Counted from the stretch's first letter, positions 1 through 13,705 are shown. The stretch: DNA of 64,000 bases from Eledone cirrhosa (GCA_964016885.1 OZ024740.1:226362001-226426000); one strand, 5' to 3'. Notes: generated from the sequence alone by a model not told the origin. Numbers and translations are program-made.

Positions 1-790
1 AATTTCTGAAGATAATTCCAAGCTCCAGAAGGAGTTGAAGGCCAGACATGCCTTCAATTAGATCTGCTTGCAGGGCAAAAAAGAAAAATCAATATGCTAC
101 TAAATAAAGATAAATTTCAATTAATCCACTTTGGGTAAGAGGATGCACTGAAGCTACCATATTCTCTTCCTTCAGGTAAAACCCTCATAGCATCCAACAA
201 CCCTAGAGACCTTGGAGAAATTGTTGATGACAAATTAAGCTGGAGTACTCACATATACAACAAAATTGACATGGCCTATATGATGTGTTCCTGGATACTT
301 AGAACCTTCCAGTTGAGAGGTTTTCACTTTACCAAACTTGGATACTGATGTCCACTGGGGTCTCCTTACATGAAACAAAGTATTAGGAAAATTGAAGTAC
401 CCCAGAAGTCAATTACAAAAATGGTAGACAGCATGACAGGCCTTGACATTTGGGGGTCGACAATGAAAACTCATACTTTCCTCTCTCCATCTGTATGATG
501 TGGAAAATATTCTATAAACATTACCTAAATGATGTTGGCATCAACGTTAAAATCCCTCCAAGGCTTGGTAGCTGTGCTAAATTGAACACAAATCTCTTAA
601 CAACACTATGACAAAACTATTTCACCTCAACTGGTCCCTTTCTCTATAATATCATACCAAATTACATCAAAACATAAACAATCCCATAAAATTCAGAATG
701 TCCCAACATAAATCCATTCAAGAAATTATGGATAAACACCCTACACTCCGCAAACTCTTTTACTAGAGTGGGCTATGGTGCCCAAAACAT
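1..790 (+). mobile_element. Decayed CR1/L2/Jockey-group LINE, RT C-terminal region
   Basis: Broken translation ...NKDKFQLIHFG...RDLGEIVDDKLSWSTHI...CSWILRTF...LGY*CPLGSPY...IRKIEVPQKSITK resembles the CR1-type RT C-terminus; stops and frameshifts present. Confidence 0.65.
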
Positions 791-1044
791 AATTGAGGTG
801 TGTGAATCATGATCTGAAAAACTTTGCCTGGTGGTGATATTAAGTTAGACATGGTTTGGGCCAGTACTGGCAGAAATCTATCAAATTATAAGTCATATAA
901 ATATATGTATATATAAACATTTGTGTTGGAGCTCTGAAATAGCGATATATATATATGAATGTAGGAATTTTATATTTAATAATATACTGTATGATTATTT
1001 AAGAACATTTTGAAGGCCTTTCGCTAGGAATTTAAGGTAGAGTA

Positions 1045-1116
1045 AAAACAAAGGGGAATAACTGATGCGTTTCTCACTGTTTAGCGGTTATCAAGGTTGT
1101 ATACCCCTCCATTTTT
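1045..1116 (-). ncRNA. Degenerate type I hammerhead, U3:A8 core variant (HH-D)
   Basis: Minus strand: aacc TTGATAA ccgct-aaac-agtga GAAAC gc atc agtt, enclosed by aaaaatggagggg/cccctttgttttt. Confidence 0.5.
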
Positions 1117-1286
1117 TATATGAGTTGTACACGCTGGATTCTTATAGAATACTCATTATTTTTATCAGCTATTTAAACTCATTAACATACAGTGCGTTTG
1201 CTGGCCCAGCAACAATTAGAAATTTGTGTTGGAGCTCTGTAATAGCGTTGTATATATGAATGTACGTATTGTATATCTACAGCTCA

Positions 1287-1367
1287 CAGCAAAAATGGAG
1301 GGGTTTATAACCTTCATAACCGCTAAACAGCATGAAATACGTCGGATATTCCCCTTTGTCTTTGCTG
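1287..1367 (+). ncRNA. Inactivated hammerhead copy (HH-D)
   Basis: ataacc TTCATAA ccgct-aaac-agcat GAAAT ac GTC ggatat; G5 mutated to C; outer stem cagcaaa/tttgctg. Confidence 0.45.
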
Positions 1368-2312
1368 AAGCTAGGTATGTGACTATTGCCACTACCTTAA
1401 ATTCATAGCGAAAGGCCTTCAAAATATTTTTAAATAAACATACAGTATATTGTTAAATTTACAATACGTGCATTCATATATTCATATATATATATATACA
1501 ATGAATATGAAGGCCAGATTTCCATAATTCTCTTTATTACATAATTTGAAGTAATACGTATTTCTGTGGTGTCAGTTTATATGAGACACTTATGAGATTA
1601 TTGACACAATCTCTTCAGGTAGTATTTTAGGTAACACTTTTTATGTAATACATTTCTTAGGGAATGCAATCTAGTGACATTGAGGTGGACATGTTTTTGA
1701 TGTTGCTTTTCAAAAGTCCATCTTCATATGTTAGTACGAAAGAATGACAAAGCGCAGATGAGTTAAAGAAAAAGCTAAACTTAAGAGCAATCAGATATAG
1801 CATGCAAGAGATGAGATTGTGTTGTTATGGCTACACACTGCCTAGATGATGTTTGTTGAGTAAAGAAGTAACAGGAGTTTTAAGTAAAAGACAGTTGCAG
1901 ATGGAGAAAACCAAGGGAAACCTGACCAGAAGTGGTGAGAAATGATATCAGGATTCTGGGCCTCACGTGAGAGATGACAAAGGAACACAACAGGTAAAGG
2001 AATGTGGTAATAGAGAAATCCCAACCAACCCATGCAGGCGTGGAAAAGCCAGCATAAAACTGATGTAATAAAACTGATGTAATAAACACATACGCACACA
2101 CACACATATATATACATATATGTATGGTTATGTAACTCCTGATAGAGTTGTAGGGGTGCAGTATTGACTTACAGTGTTTCTTGGGCATTTTAAGCCAGGC
2201 GGAACTCATCCCTCTCCAGGCCCGAGTACAGCAGATTTCTTCCAGAGAGAGGAAGAATCGACCCCAATACTACATATATATATATATACATACATATATA
2301 TATATACGTGTA

Positions 2313-2491
2313 TACGAGGGCAATCCCAAAAGTAAGGTCTCCTTCCGATATTGCAACTTTTCCGTTAAAATCGTGTGGATGGTTCTTTCGGAAACCTCAG
2401 GAACCAAAATGTAGAGAGCATCCAGAGTGATCCGCCAATCTTTACGCATGTTTTCTTGGAAGGAGACCTTACGTTTGAGATTGCCCTCGTA
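2313..2491 (-). mobile_element. Mini-mariner (MITE-like) with ~30-bp TIRs
   Basis: TIRs tacgagggcaatcccaaaagtaaggtctcc / ggagaccttacgtttgagattgccctcgta; internal transposase HTH fragment RITLDAL...VSERTIHTILTEKLQYRK. Confidence 0.8.
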
Positions 2492-2709
2492 TAGAATAAC
2501 TGCACGAAATTCGCACTTGGCTGTAGTGTTCAACGGGAGCTCCATTCTCAACAATTTCCAAGCCAAGATTGAGCATCCCAGTGAAGCATGTGCATGCTTG
2601 TTTGGGAGTGAAGGACGCACCAATCACAACAGTGTTGCCAACAGCCGTACGAACAGTTTCTCTGCGTCCCCATTGCTTTGGAAACCTTACTTTGGGGATT
2701 ACCCTCGTA
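2492..2709 (-). mobile_element. Mariner 5' end (TIR + transposase N-terminus)
   Basis: TIR at 2680-2709; MELPLNTTAKCEFRAVI; homologous to 15360-15615. Confidence 0.75.
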
Positions 2710-2711
2710 TA

Positions 2712-3960
2712 TCATCATCATCATCATCATCATCAGGTTTAGCGTCCGTGTTCCACGCTTGCATGGGTTTGGACGGGGGTTTTCCCACTTGAGGCAAGAG
2801 TGGTTGTCTTGCTCGCATAGGACTGTCTGGCGGGTTTTCTACAGTTGGATGCCCTTCCTAACACCAACCACATTTACAGTGTGGGGCTGGGAGGTTTTTA
2901 CCGTGTTGCCTACACGGCCACATTACAGCGTGGACTGTCTGGCGGGTTTTCTACAGCTGGATGCCCTTCCTAACACCAACCACATTTACAGTGTGGGGCT
3001 GGGAGGTTTTTACCGTGTTGCCTACACGGCCACATTTACAGCGTGGACTGTGTGTTTTTTGTCGTGACACCTACACGATCTCATTTGTTTCGGCCTGGAT
3101 GTTGTGGGACCAACATGACTTTACATTGAAAGGGGCGGTGTGGGTGGGGTGGAGGTGGTGGGACGGGGGTGTGTTTTGATAGAGATGCCTACTGACTGTA
3201 GTAGGTTTTTACTTTGTATTTAGGTAAGGCGGGTCTTCTCTATTACTGAGTACCGCCAAAGGTCTCGGTCCAGTGACATTGTCTTGGAGCGGTGTAAGCG
3301 TGTGAGGTCGGAATTTATCAGCTCGTCCCATGTTTTTCTGGGTCTGCCTACTCCGTGGCTACCGTCTATCTTTATTGCCCTGCACTTTGTTATACAGCTG
3401 TCGTCTTTCATGCGCATCACGTGACCGTACCAATGTAGCCTTCTCTCGAGTAAACAACATCTGATCCCTCTTATTTCTAATTTTTTCCTTAGTTCGTTTA
3501 TGCTTTGCCGTTCACGTATATTACTATTGCACATCCAGCGGAGCATGCAAGCTTCGTTCCTCTCTAGTCTGCGTATATCCTCTGCACACAATGCCCAGGT
3601 CTCACTGCCATGCAGCATTGCTGTTCGTATGCAGGCATCGTATAACCTGCCTTTCATTTTTAGGGAGAACCCTCTAGCGGCTAATAGTGGTATAAGCTCT
3701 CTGAACTTTTTCCATCCAGTTCTGACTCTAGCTACTGTACTTTCAGAGCACCCTCCCCCACTGCTGATTTTGTCACCCAGATAACGGAAGCTGTCCACTA
3801 TTTCTATAGAACCCTCTGCGCAGTTGAAGGAGCTAGTATTTTGTGGGCACTTGCTGCTACTTATTGCACCAGAGCACCGGCCACATGTAAAATTATGTTC
3901 TTAGTTAGCTTACCTGTGATCCCACTACATCTTTTATGCACCCATACTTTGCATTTGGGA
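2712..3960 (-). mobile_element. 5'-truncated RTE LINE (subfamily 1)
   Basis: ORF 3220-3798 FRYLG...ARVRTGWKKFREL...MLHGSETW...RRLHWYGHVMR...GRPRKTW; 3' UTR ends in (GAT)n. Confidence 0.9.
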
Positions 3961-4128
3961 CATAATTCACTATTATTACTCCAAGAATAACCTACATGAG
4001 AATTCTTGCAAACTCGCTACCTAACCAAGGAAACCTCTCGAGTCAAACAATGCCGTACGTTAAAACTATCCATAGTACAGAGTACTCACAACCTCTAACT
4101 GGATTACCTAAAATGATAACTTGTTATC

Positions 4129-4130
<2 letters not shown>
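3961..4130 (+). repeat. Dispersed non-coding element tail (shared with 8005-8150 and 13547-13705)
   Basis: Three homologous copies, each ending in (TA)n. Confidence 0.65.
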
Positions 4131-4167
<37 letters not shown>

Positions 4168-4189
4168 CAAATATATATATATATATATA

Positions 4190-4260
4190 TTTATTAAAAT
4201 AACAGATTAAAGTTTAAGCAAAGAATCGCTGCTTTCACCCTCAACGGGATCTTCTAAAAC
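4190..4260 (-). repeat. Short dispersed element end (also 23064-23105 and 24169-24240)
   Basis: Shared gaagatcccgtt.agggtgaaagcagcgattctttgcttaaactttaatctgttattttaataaa. Confidence 0.6.
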
Positions 4261-4274
4261 ATACATAAATACAA

Positions 4275-4309
<35 letters not shown>

Positions 4310-4951
4310 GGTGTGTGTGTAGATATATGTGTGTGTGTACTTTTTCTATAAAAATCTGTTGTTATTCCTTTTTTTTTTTCATGTGTGGCATATCCACCAT
4401 TCATAGTGATGAATATCAGGAAAAATCTTAATTGCTATAACAATTTCATCTCTTGGCATTCAACCAGAAAGTGAAGGATTTCAATAAGATCTTTCTGCCA
4501 AGTCTTTGAACAAGGCACCAATTCCCTATGAATATTTTCAAGCTCTACTTGTTAACAGATCAAATTCAGGCAAAAAGAAAACCGAAAGCAAAAATATAAC
4601 ATAAATATCTATATAAAATTAAAAAAACAAAAATCATCATACATTGATAATTTCTAAGAATTGGTAGCAAATTCTAAATTCTAATTTCTTTCAGAATAAT
4701 GTCCATCTAATAATATTTATTACAAATATCTATCTATCTACCTACCTATATATGTATCTATGTATATATATAGATATGTATATATACATATATGTGTATA
4801 TATATATATGCATATATATATATATGTGTGTCTGTATATCTATGTGTGTGTAAATATATGAATACATTACATATGTATATATATATATATATGTGAATAT
4901 ATTTACACCCATATATAGATATGTATATTCACACACACACACACACACATA

Positions 4952-5002
<51 letters not shown>

Positions 5003-5239
5003 TATATATATATATATCACATGTATATAATATACTTTTATATACATATATATATATATCACATGTATATAATATACTTTTATATACATATATTGTAAAG
5101 TACACAAAAAATAAAAATAAGTGTACACTTCTGGTTGAAAATATATCTCACCATTTATCTTTCTTTCCTGCAATCTCTCATTCATTTTACATGGTCTGTG
5201 TATATGTGGTCTCTTTTATGTATATATATATTTATATAT

Positions 5240-5466
5240 ATTGTGTTGTTTCCTTGAGCAAGACACTTTATTTCACATTGCTCCAGTTTACTCAGCTGTA
5301 GAAATGAGATGATGAAGTGGTCGTGGAGGTGCCACGGAAAAAAAGCACCCAGCACTCACTGTAAATGAGGTTGGTGTTAGGAAGGGCGTCCAGCTGTAGA
5401 AATCAAGCTAGAATCAGTTCCCCGTCCCACCCTTGCAAGCAGGGAAAAGCGGACGTAAAATGATGA
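5240..5466 (+). mobile_element. Truncated CORE-type SINE with RTE-derived tail
   Basis: ccttgagcaagacactttatttcac core followed by RTE 3' UTR motif gttaggaagggc.tccagctgtagaaa. Confidence 0.75.
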
Positions 5467-5468
5467 TA

Positions 5469-6330
5469 TATGAGGTGTGTCTGAAAAGTAACAGGACTTA
5501 GTGTGCTGTATGAGCTATGAGTAGAGTAAAGATTAGTAGCTTGAGTCACCATATGATGTAATATCTGGGGAGTACATAAATGTGATTTCAGTTCTCTGCA
5601 GCGATTGTATGCTTTTGGGGCATTTTTCTGTTAACAGCTACTCAATTTTAGGCCTTTGAGCAATGGGCACAGAGCAACAAACCAACCTGAAGCTTCTGGT
5701 CAAGATGGCGAAAACTCCATCAAAAGCACACGGAATACTACAGCACATGTATGCAGATGAGATGGTGTTACACTCATGGATTTTTGAGTAGCACAAAAAA
5801 TTTAAAGGAATGTGAGAATGTGGAAAATGAACCCAGGAGCGTGAGGCCTTTAACAATTAGGACTGAGTTTAATGTTGGGCACATGAGGTAGGTGATCGCA
5901 AGTGAGCTGGGCATGAACTGCAACAGCATTTCGAAGATTATCAGCAAAGATTTAGGCATGCAGAAGATCAGCAGCTCACAAAGCCCTGGGCATCCAGCAG
6001 TTCTTGGCCAAGAAGAATTGCCATACTGGTGCCAACTCGTTATTCATCTAATCTTGCTCTGTGTAACTTTTTTCTTTTCCTCAAGAGCTCAAGAGGTCAT
6101 CAAGGGGACCTGTTTTGAAGGCATGGAGGCCATTAAGTGGGCCATAACAAAGAAGCTGAGGGCCATCCCAGAGGAATCTTTCCAGCAGTGCTTAGTTGCA
6201 TTGCAGAGGAGGATGAAAAAGTGCATTAGACTCAAAGGAGATTATTTTGAAGGGAAAATCATCTAGTTTGTTGTTTGGAATTGAAATAAATTGTTTATTA
6301 CACCACTCACATTAGTTTTCTGACAGACTA
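5469..6330 (+). mobile_element. Internally deleted mariner
   Basis: N-term MGTEQQTNLKLLVKMAKTPS; C-term IPEESFQQCLVALQRRMKKCIRLKGDYFEG; TIR tatgaggtgtgtctgaaaagt. Confidence 0.8.
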
Positions 6331-6347
6331 TATATATATATATATAA

Positions 6348-6528
6348 TAATTGTTTCTACTTTTGGTACAAGGCCAGCAATTATCCCAGTGTACTACTGG
6401 TACTTTATTTTATCGACCCCGTAAGGATGAAAGGCAAAGTTAACCTCCGCGGGATTTGAACTCAGTCCATAAAGGGACATAACTGTGCTGCAAAGCATGG
6501 TATCCGATCCTCTACCGATACTGCCAAT
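6348..6528 (-). mobile_element. tRNA-related SINE, family 2
   Basis: B-box gagttcaaatcc and gcctttcatccttacggggtcgataaaataaagtaccag; many copies in the window. Confidence 0.8.
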
Positions 6529-6562
6529 AATGATATATGCATACATATTCATATGTATATGC

Positions 6563-7330
6563 GAAGCATGCATGCTCCGTTGGATGTGTAATAGTAATAT
6601 ACATGAACAGCACAACATAAATGAACTAAGTGAGAAATTAGGAATAAGAGGGATCAGATGCTGTTTACTTGAGAGAAGATTACATTGGTACGGTCATGTG
6701 ATGCGGATGAAAGACGACAGCTGTATAAAAAAGTGCAGGGCGATCAAAATTGATGGAAGTTACAGAGTAAGTAGACCCAGAAAAACCTGGGATGACCTGA
6801 TAAAATCTGACCTTGCACACTTTCACCTCTCTAAGAGAATGTCATTGGATTGAGACCTTTAGCGCTATGCAGTAATACAGAAGACCCGCCTTCCCTACAT
6901 ACAAAGTTAAACCTACAATCAGTAGGCACCTCTTAACCAAATATACACCCCAACCCACTACCACTACACCATCCTCCCACTCCCACCGACACCACTCTTC
7001 CTCTGCAAAAGTTATGTTGGTACCACAGAACATCCAGTCCAAACTAAAACTAATGTAGGTGTCAGGACAAAATATTACCCAGTCCATGCTGTAAAGTGGT
7101 CGCGTAGGAGACATGGTAAAAAGGCTGCCAGTCCACACTGTAAATGTGGTTGGTGTTAGGAAGGGCATCCAGCTGTAGAAAACCTGCCAGATACAGTCCT
7201 ATTCGAGCAAGACACAGTTACCTGATCAAACTTGTCTTAAGTAGAACAATTCCCATCTAACCCATGCTAGTGTGGAAGATAGACATTAAACTATGATGTG
7301 ATGAGGATGATGATGATGATGATGATGATG
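6563..7330 (+). mobile_element. RTE 3' fragment
   Basis: EACMLRWMCNS...RRLHWYGHVMRMKDD...RPRKTW, 3' UTR and (GAT)n. Confidence 0.85.
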
Positions 7331-7778
7331 TGTGTGTGGTGACCACCTTAACAAGTTTTGCTCAGTGACCGAAAGAGTTAAAACAATCAAAAGAATTAAA
7401 ATAACTCAATATATCATTATTATATAGTCCCAAACTCCCCTGTGGTTGAGTTATGTGCTAACTGCTTTTTCTAGTAAATATGGTACTCACTCATTGTCCA
7501 CATTTACTACCATTCTGTGACCACTATATCACATGTTAATTTCTCCCTCTGCATCTCGAGAATCTCTCACTTGCTACGAATGTGTCAACAAACAGTCCAC
7601 TAACTGAGGGTCTCTTGATAAGCCTTATCAAGCTCATAGCGATGATGTACTTCTAAAGTGCATATTGTTGCAAACAGATTCAGCGAAACTGCAGTCAGGA
7701 ATTTGAAGGAAAAATAGGTATATTTTTGTCTATTATTTCCTCGTATTTTAAATTATATATATATATATATATATATAG

Positions 7779-8150
7779 TGAAAGAGTGAAGAATAACAGG
7801 GTCAACATTAAAAAAAGGGTTTTATTTACAGTATTAACAATTGTTTCATTGATTAAGTTATCTAAAAATTGCTAATCACTTGAAGTTGTGTCACTCAATT
7901 TTAAATACAATGTATGCTTAATCAAATCATCGGAAAAACAATTGTTAATACTGTAAATAAAACCCTTTTTGTACTGTTGGCCATGTTATTCTTCACTCTT
8001 TCACAATTATTACTCTAAGATTAACCTGCATAGGAATTCCCGAGAATCGCAAACTTGCTACCTAAGGAAACCTCTTGTTGAGTCAAACAACGGCGTACGC
8101 TAAAACTATCAACAATACGGAGTAAATTCCCGACTGCAGTTTCGCTAATA
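7779..8150. mobile_element. Fold-back non-coding element with HHR-like core (HH-G)
   Basis: Inverted arms ~7779-7846 / 7937-8003; minus strand CCGATGA t ttgattaag...cttaatcaa t GAAAC aatt GTT. Confidence 0.55.
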
Positions 8151-8178
8151 ATATATATTATTTTCAATAATATATATA

Positions 8179-8212
<34 letters not shown>

Positions 8213-8216
<4 letters not shown>

Positions 8217-8465
8217 CGGGTAAAATTCCCGAGATCCATGGACGAGTTCTCTCCAGCGGTCTCTGTCCGTCATTATCATTGCCATGTCCTGCGTCTCCAA
8301 CAGACCAGTGTCTGTCCTTAGGGCATCAACATACCTTAACCTTGGTCTTCCTCTTCCAGTGTGTCCATGTAGGGCTCCCACAGGAGCACTGAGTGCAATG
8401 TCAACTCTGGATGTCGGTGAGCATGTCCAGCTAACCCCAGTCTCCTCTGCGGTCATGGTTTTCAC
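8213..8465 (-). mobile_element. 3' end of another RTE-type family (second copy at 24268-24485)
   Basis: HGHTGRGRPRLRYVDALRTDTG...MTDRDRWRELV, typical of RTE C-termini. Confidence 0.7.
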
Positions 8466-8525
8466 ATATATATATATATATATACGATATTAAATAAGTG
8501 GAAACTATATTTATAAAACCATATT

Positions 8526-8590
8526 TATTTCATTATACATATTTTAGGGATACCAAATTAAAATATGGTATGCCTTCATCAGATAAAATA
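8526..8590 (-). ncRNA. Hammerhead HH-B copy (G12 mutated)
   Basis: tattttat CTGATGA aggcatacca...tggtatccct AAAAT atgt ATA atgaaata. Confidence 0.6.
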
Positions 8591-8934
8591 CAATATATAA
8601 ACAGTTTTATAAATAATTTTGACGTACCCTATTAGATGCGACCATTATTTTTGGAAGCTGTCTGGATAGTGAGATGTTTATAATTATTTTATTAGTTATA
8701 GTGTTAAGCACAGTTAGAAAAAGACGGAGAGAAAGAAAAAAACGGAGAGAGAGAAGGAAAGAGAAAAAGAAGGAGAGAGAGAAAAGAAGATATATATAAA
8801 TAGATAGGAGGAAATGAAAAAGAAAGAAAAAAGAAAGAAATAAGAAAGACAAAAGAAAGCAACAGAGAGATAATAATTCATCATACAGATAGATATGTAT
8901 GTATATATATATGTATGTATATATATTTAACGAA

Positions 8935-10140
<1,206 letters not shown>

Positions 10141-10234
10141 ATATATGTATGTGTATATATATATATGTATGTATATATATGCATGTATGTATATATGTAT
10201 GTATGTATGTATATATATATATACATATGTGAGT

Positions 10235-10790
10235 GTCGGGTCACTCTTGAGTGCTAGTGGTAATATGTAACCCTGTACAACCTGTCGCATAGTCAGGTCG
10301 TCAGCGACAAAGCCGGCAACCCCACCAAGTTTACTTGGTGAGGAGGGTGATTTGGGACACCCTGCAGGACAAAAAACAAAACATGATAAAGGGCAGAAGA
10401 ACTTATAAGAGTCAACAGCCATCCAAATATGTGTAAATATTTATATACATGTATGCATGTGTTTGTATATATATGTATATATGTATATACATGTATGTAT
10501 GTGTATTATTTGCGTGGGGGACATAGAAATAATTGGGCTGCATACACGATCTCGTGTTTAAACCATTGGGAGTGAAGGACCTCTAGCCTTTGTCAGGCTA
10601 TTCCTTTAGGCGAAAGCAACTCAGGAAACTGGGATAACTCCGACATAAAACCTGCGGCTAAGTAGTTACCGATGATGTTGATCTTTTCTTCTTTTTGATT
10701 ACAGCTACTGTCGCTCAGAGAGTGTGATTGACCCAGTAGACAGTCTTTCCTCACTTTAAAAAAATCTTCAGGCACAGGCATTGCAATATA
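10235..10790 (+). mobile_element. RTE 5'-UTR-derived non-autonomous element, split by a microsatellite
   Basis: Homologous to 56420-56810 and 58390-58460. Confidence 0.5.
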
Positions 10791-10890
10791 GCATTAAGTG
10801 ATAATTATTAATAATGTTATATTGTGCAGTGGCACAATATAACAAGCGGGCAGCCATCGTATATATATATATATATGGATATATACTATG

Positions 10891-13470
10891 TACCACCTCT
10901 ATCTCCACCACCCACGTCCACTTCTTAGACATCTCCGTCGCCTTCGACCCCTCCCACCACTCCCTCGTCACCTCCGCCTTCTTCAAACCCACCGACTCCC
11001 ACTCTTACCTCGACTTCACCTCTTCCCACCCCACCCACACTAAAGACTCCATTCCCTACTCCCAACTTCTCAGGATCCGCCGCCTCTGTAGCCGTGATGC
11101 TGACTTTGAGTCCCAGGTCCTTTCCCTAGTCAGCCATTTCATCCGCAGAGGTTACCCCCCTCTCTCGTCCACACAGCTCTCACCCGCGCCCGTGCTGTCC
11201 CCCGCTCCAACACCCTCACCCCACGCCACCGCACACCCACCCACCGTCTCCCCTTCCCCATCACCTACCACCCCTCCACTTTACCCCTCCACCGCACCAT
11301 CCGCCGCCTCTTCCGACGCCTCCAGTCCGACCCCTCGACCTCCACATCTTCCCAACCCCACCACTCCCCTCCTTCAAACGCGCACGCAATCTCCGCACCC
11401 TCCTCGTCCACAGCTCCCTACCCCCCAACCCACGCTCTGTTCCCCCCCCCCGTTTCCTTTCCCTGTTCTAGGCCCCGCTGCAACACCTGTCCCCACATCA
11501 CCAACACCACCACCTTCCAGGGTCCCAACGGCCACTCTCTCACGGTCCGGCATGCCTTCCGCTGCACCTCCTCCAACCTAGTCTACGGACTTATGTCGGA
11601 CAGACGGGACGTCGCCTGGCGGACCGAGTCACGGAGCACCTCCGGGATATTCGTCTCGGGGGCAGTTCCCCCATCGCCCGCCACTTTGGTGGCCCTGGAC
11701 ATTCCGCACGCCATCTCACAGTCTGTGGCCTACTCCAGTGCCACGGAACCCCCGCCAATCGCCTTACGGTCGAACAACGAACTATCTTCATCTTACAGAC
11801 CCACACTCCCCCCGGCCTGAACTCCCCACCCTTATTCCTTTAGCCTTCGACCGCCCCCCTCCCCCCCACACTTATCCCCCACTAACACCGCTAACACACC
11901 CCTCCTTTTCATCGCCCACCCCACAACTAACAATACTATCACCTCCACTCCACCCCTCATCTGACCACCCTTCCCCAACTAACATACTAACACCCCCCCA
12001 CCCACCCCTCTTCTTCTCCTCCCCCTCCTTATCACACGCACACACCCACCGGCACATATATACACGCGCTCACACTAAACACACACCCTACTACCACCAC
12101 TAACCCTCACCCCCACACCTCTCACCCACACACCTCCATCCCACCACCCCGCAACTAACCTCACTAACACCCCTAACCCCAAGCACACGAACACACGCAC
12201 CCACTTACACCACCCACCCCACACGCAACTAACATCACTAACACCCTTCTCTCCCCCACGCACACGTACCCACACACCCTCGTACACCACCAACTCTACA
12301 CACCCTACCACCACTAACCCCCACTCACACCTGCATTCAACCCCTCCCCACCTCCCGTATACTAACACCCACTAACACCTCTTCATCAAACTACACACAC
12401 ACTAGTACACCACACTCCCTCCATAGAACCACACACACCCTTCTCTCCCCGCTCCACCCACACCCTCGCTCCACACTCACTCATCCCACTAACACCCCTA
12501 CTAATACACACACACACACCCTCCTCACTCCAACTTTCACACCTACCCATCCTCGCCCCTTTACCATTCCACCGACTGCTGCTATGCCCTCTGACCACCT
12601 CCCAGCACAAACAGACCACAACACTCCCACTGCTGACCACTTCCTGTTGCGCGCGCACCCCACCTCTCTCCTCTTCCGACCATCGCTTCATGGAATACCC
12701 ACACGCAGAAATTGACCAACAACCAATCCACTAAACATCTTCGGAATTTACCAACTTTTCAACCATCCTCTTACGTAATCACCTATATAACTCACCCCCC
12801 CCCCAAAAAAAAATGTTTCTCCACACGCCACCTACACCCACAACACACTTAAACCCCACACACACGTGCTTTCCACCACATATTTACACCTTCAGCCTCC
12901 TGATTCCTCTCCCCCCACCCCTCTATCCACACACGCACAGACACTCCGACCCACAAACCCCCCACACACACACACCTTCCTGAACATGCAACCCCGTTCT
13001 TCCCCCAGCCCTTACTTTCACATACACACACACACACACACGCACACCTACACACACACACCACCTTCAGCCCTCCCTGCTCGGACACCCCGTCTCCCTC
13101 TCCCCAGTCCACCTGCCACCACCCCTACACATCCCACACCCTTCCACCACCTGTTTACCCCCCTTTTAATTTCAGTTTATTTTGATCATGCCTTTATTTT
13201 TAAATTTATCTCATTCCTTGTATTTTGATCATGCTTTATTTTTATTTTTATCTTTATTTTTTTTTTTCATTCGCACCGTTTCCTTTCGCTATATGTCTCT
13301 CCACCACTCCCCTACACACCCTTTGAACTCTGTTCCCACACACTTCCCACCTGAGGAAGGGCTTATGCCCGAAACGTCGTCCCCCACCAACACCCCACTC
13401 TCCAGAGCGTGAAATTAATAAACATTCGTTGTACTGCCTCTCTGTTTTGTCCCTGTTCAAATTTTTCCAC
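10891..13470 (+). mobile_element. 5'-truncated Penelope-like element (Neptune-type), C-rich
   Basis: VHFLD...KPTDSHSYL...HPTHTKDSIPYSQLLRIRRLCS, then (frameshifted) PCSRPRCNTCP and GIY-YIG NLVYG/YVGQTGRRLADRVTEH; stop at 11843; long C/A-rich 3' region. Confidence 0.9.
13347..13385 (+). ncRNA. Minimal PLE-type hammerhead motif (HH-E)
   Basis: CTGAGGA a gggc-ttat-gccc GAAACGTC with palindromic stem III (ACGT); stem I not evident. Confidence 0.65.
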
Positions 13471-13546
<76 letters not shown>

Positions 13547-13547
<1 letters not shown>

Positions 13548-13700
13548 GGTAAAAAGTTATCGTTATAGGTAATCCAGTTAGAGGTTGTGAGTACTCTGCG
13601 TCGTGGACAGTTTTAACATACGGTTTTGTTTAACTCAAAAAGAGCTTTCCCTAGTTAGGCACCGAGTTCACGGTAATTCCTATGTAGGTTATACTTGGAG

Positions 13701-13705
<5 letters not shown>
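13547..13705 (-). repeat. Copy of the 3961/8005 element tail
   Basis: Reverse-complement homology to 3961-4130. Confidence 0.65.

Larger units (their letters stand above)
919..1480. mobile_element. Two head-to-head copies of a non-coding HHR-bearing element (family HH-D)
   Basis: ~950-1116 is the reverse complement of ~1290-1480; 1221-1275 is an inverted copy of the tail; the tail is homologous to 19270-19345. Confidence 0.65.

Noticed and set aside
11738-13228. Pro/Thr/His-rich and Gly/Val-rich ORFs
   Set aside because: Products of the C-rich PLE tail; frames not conserved between the two copies
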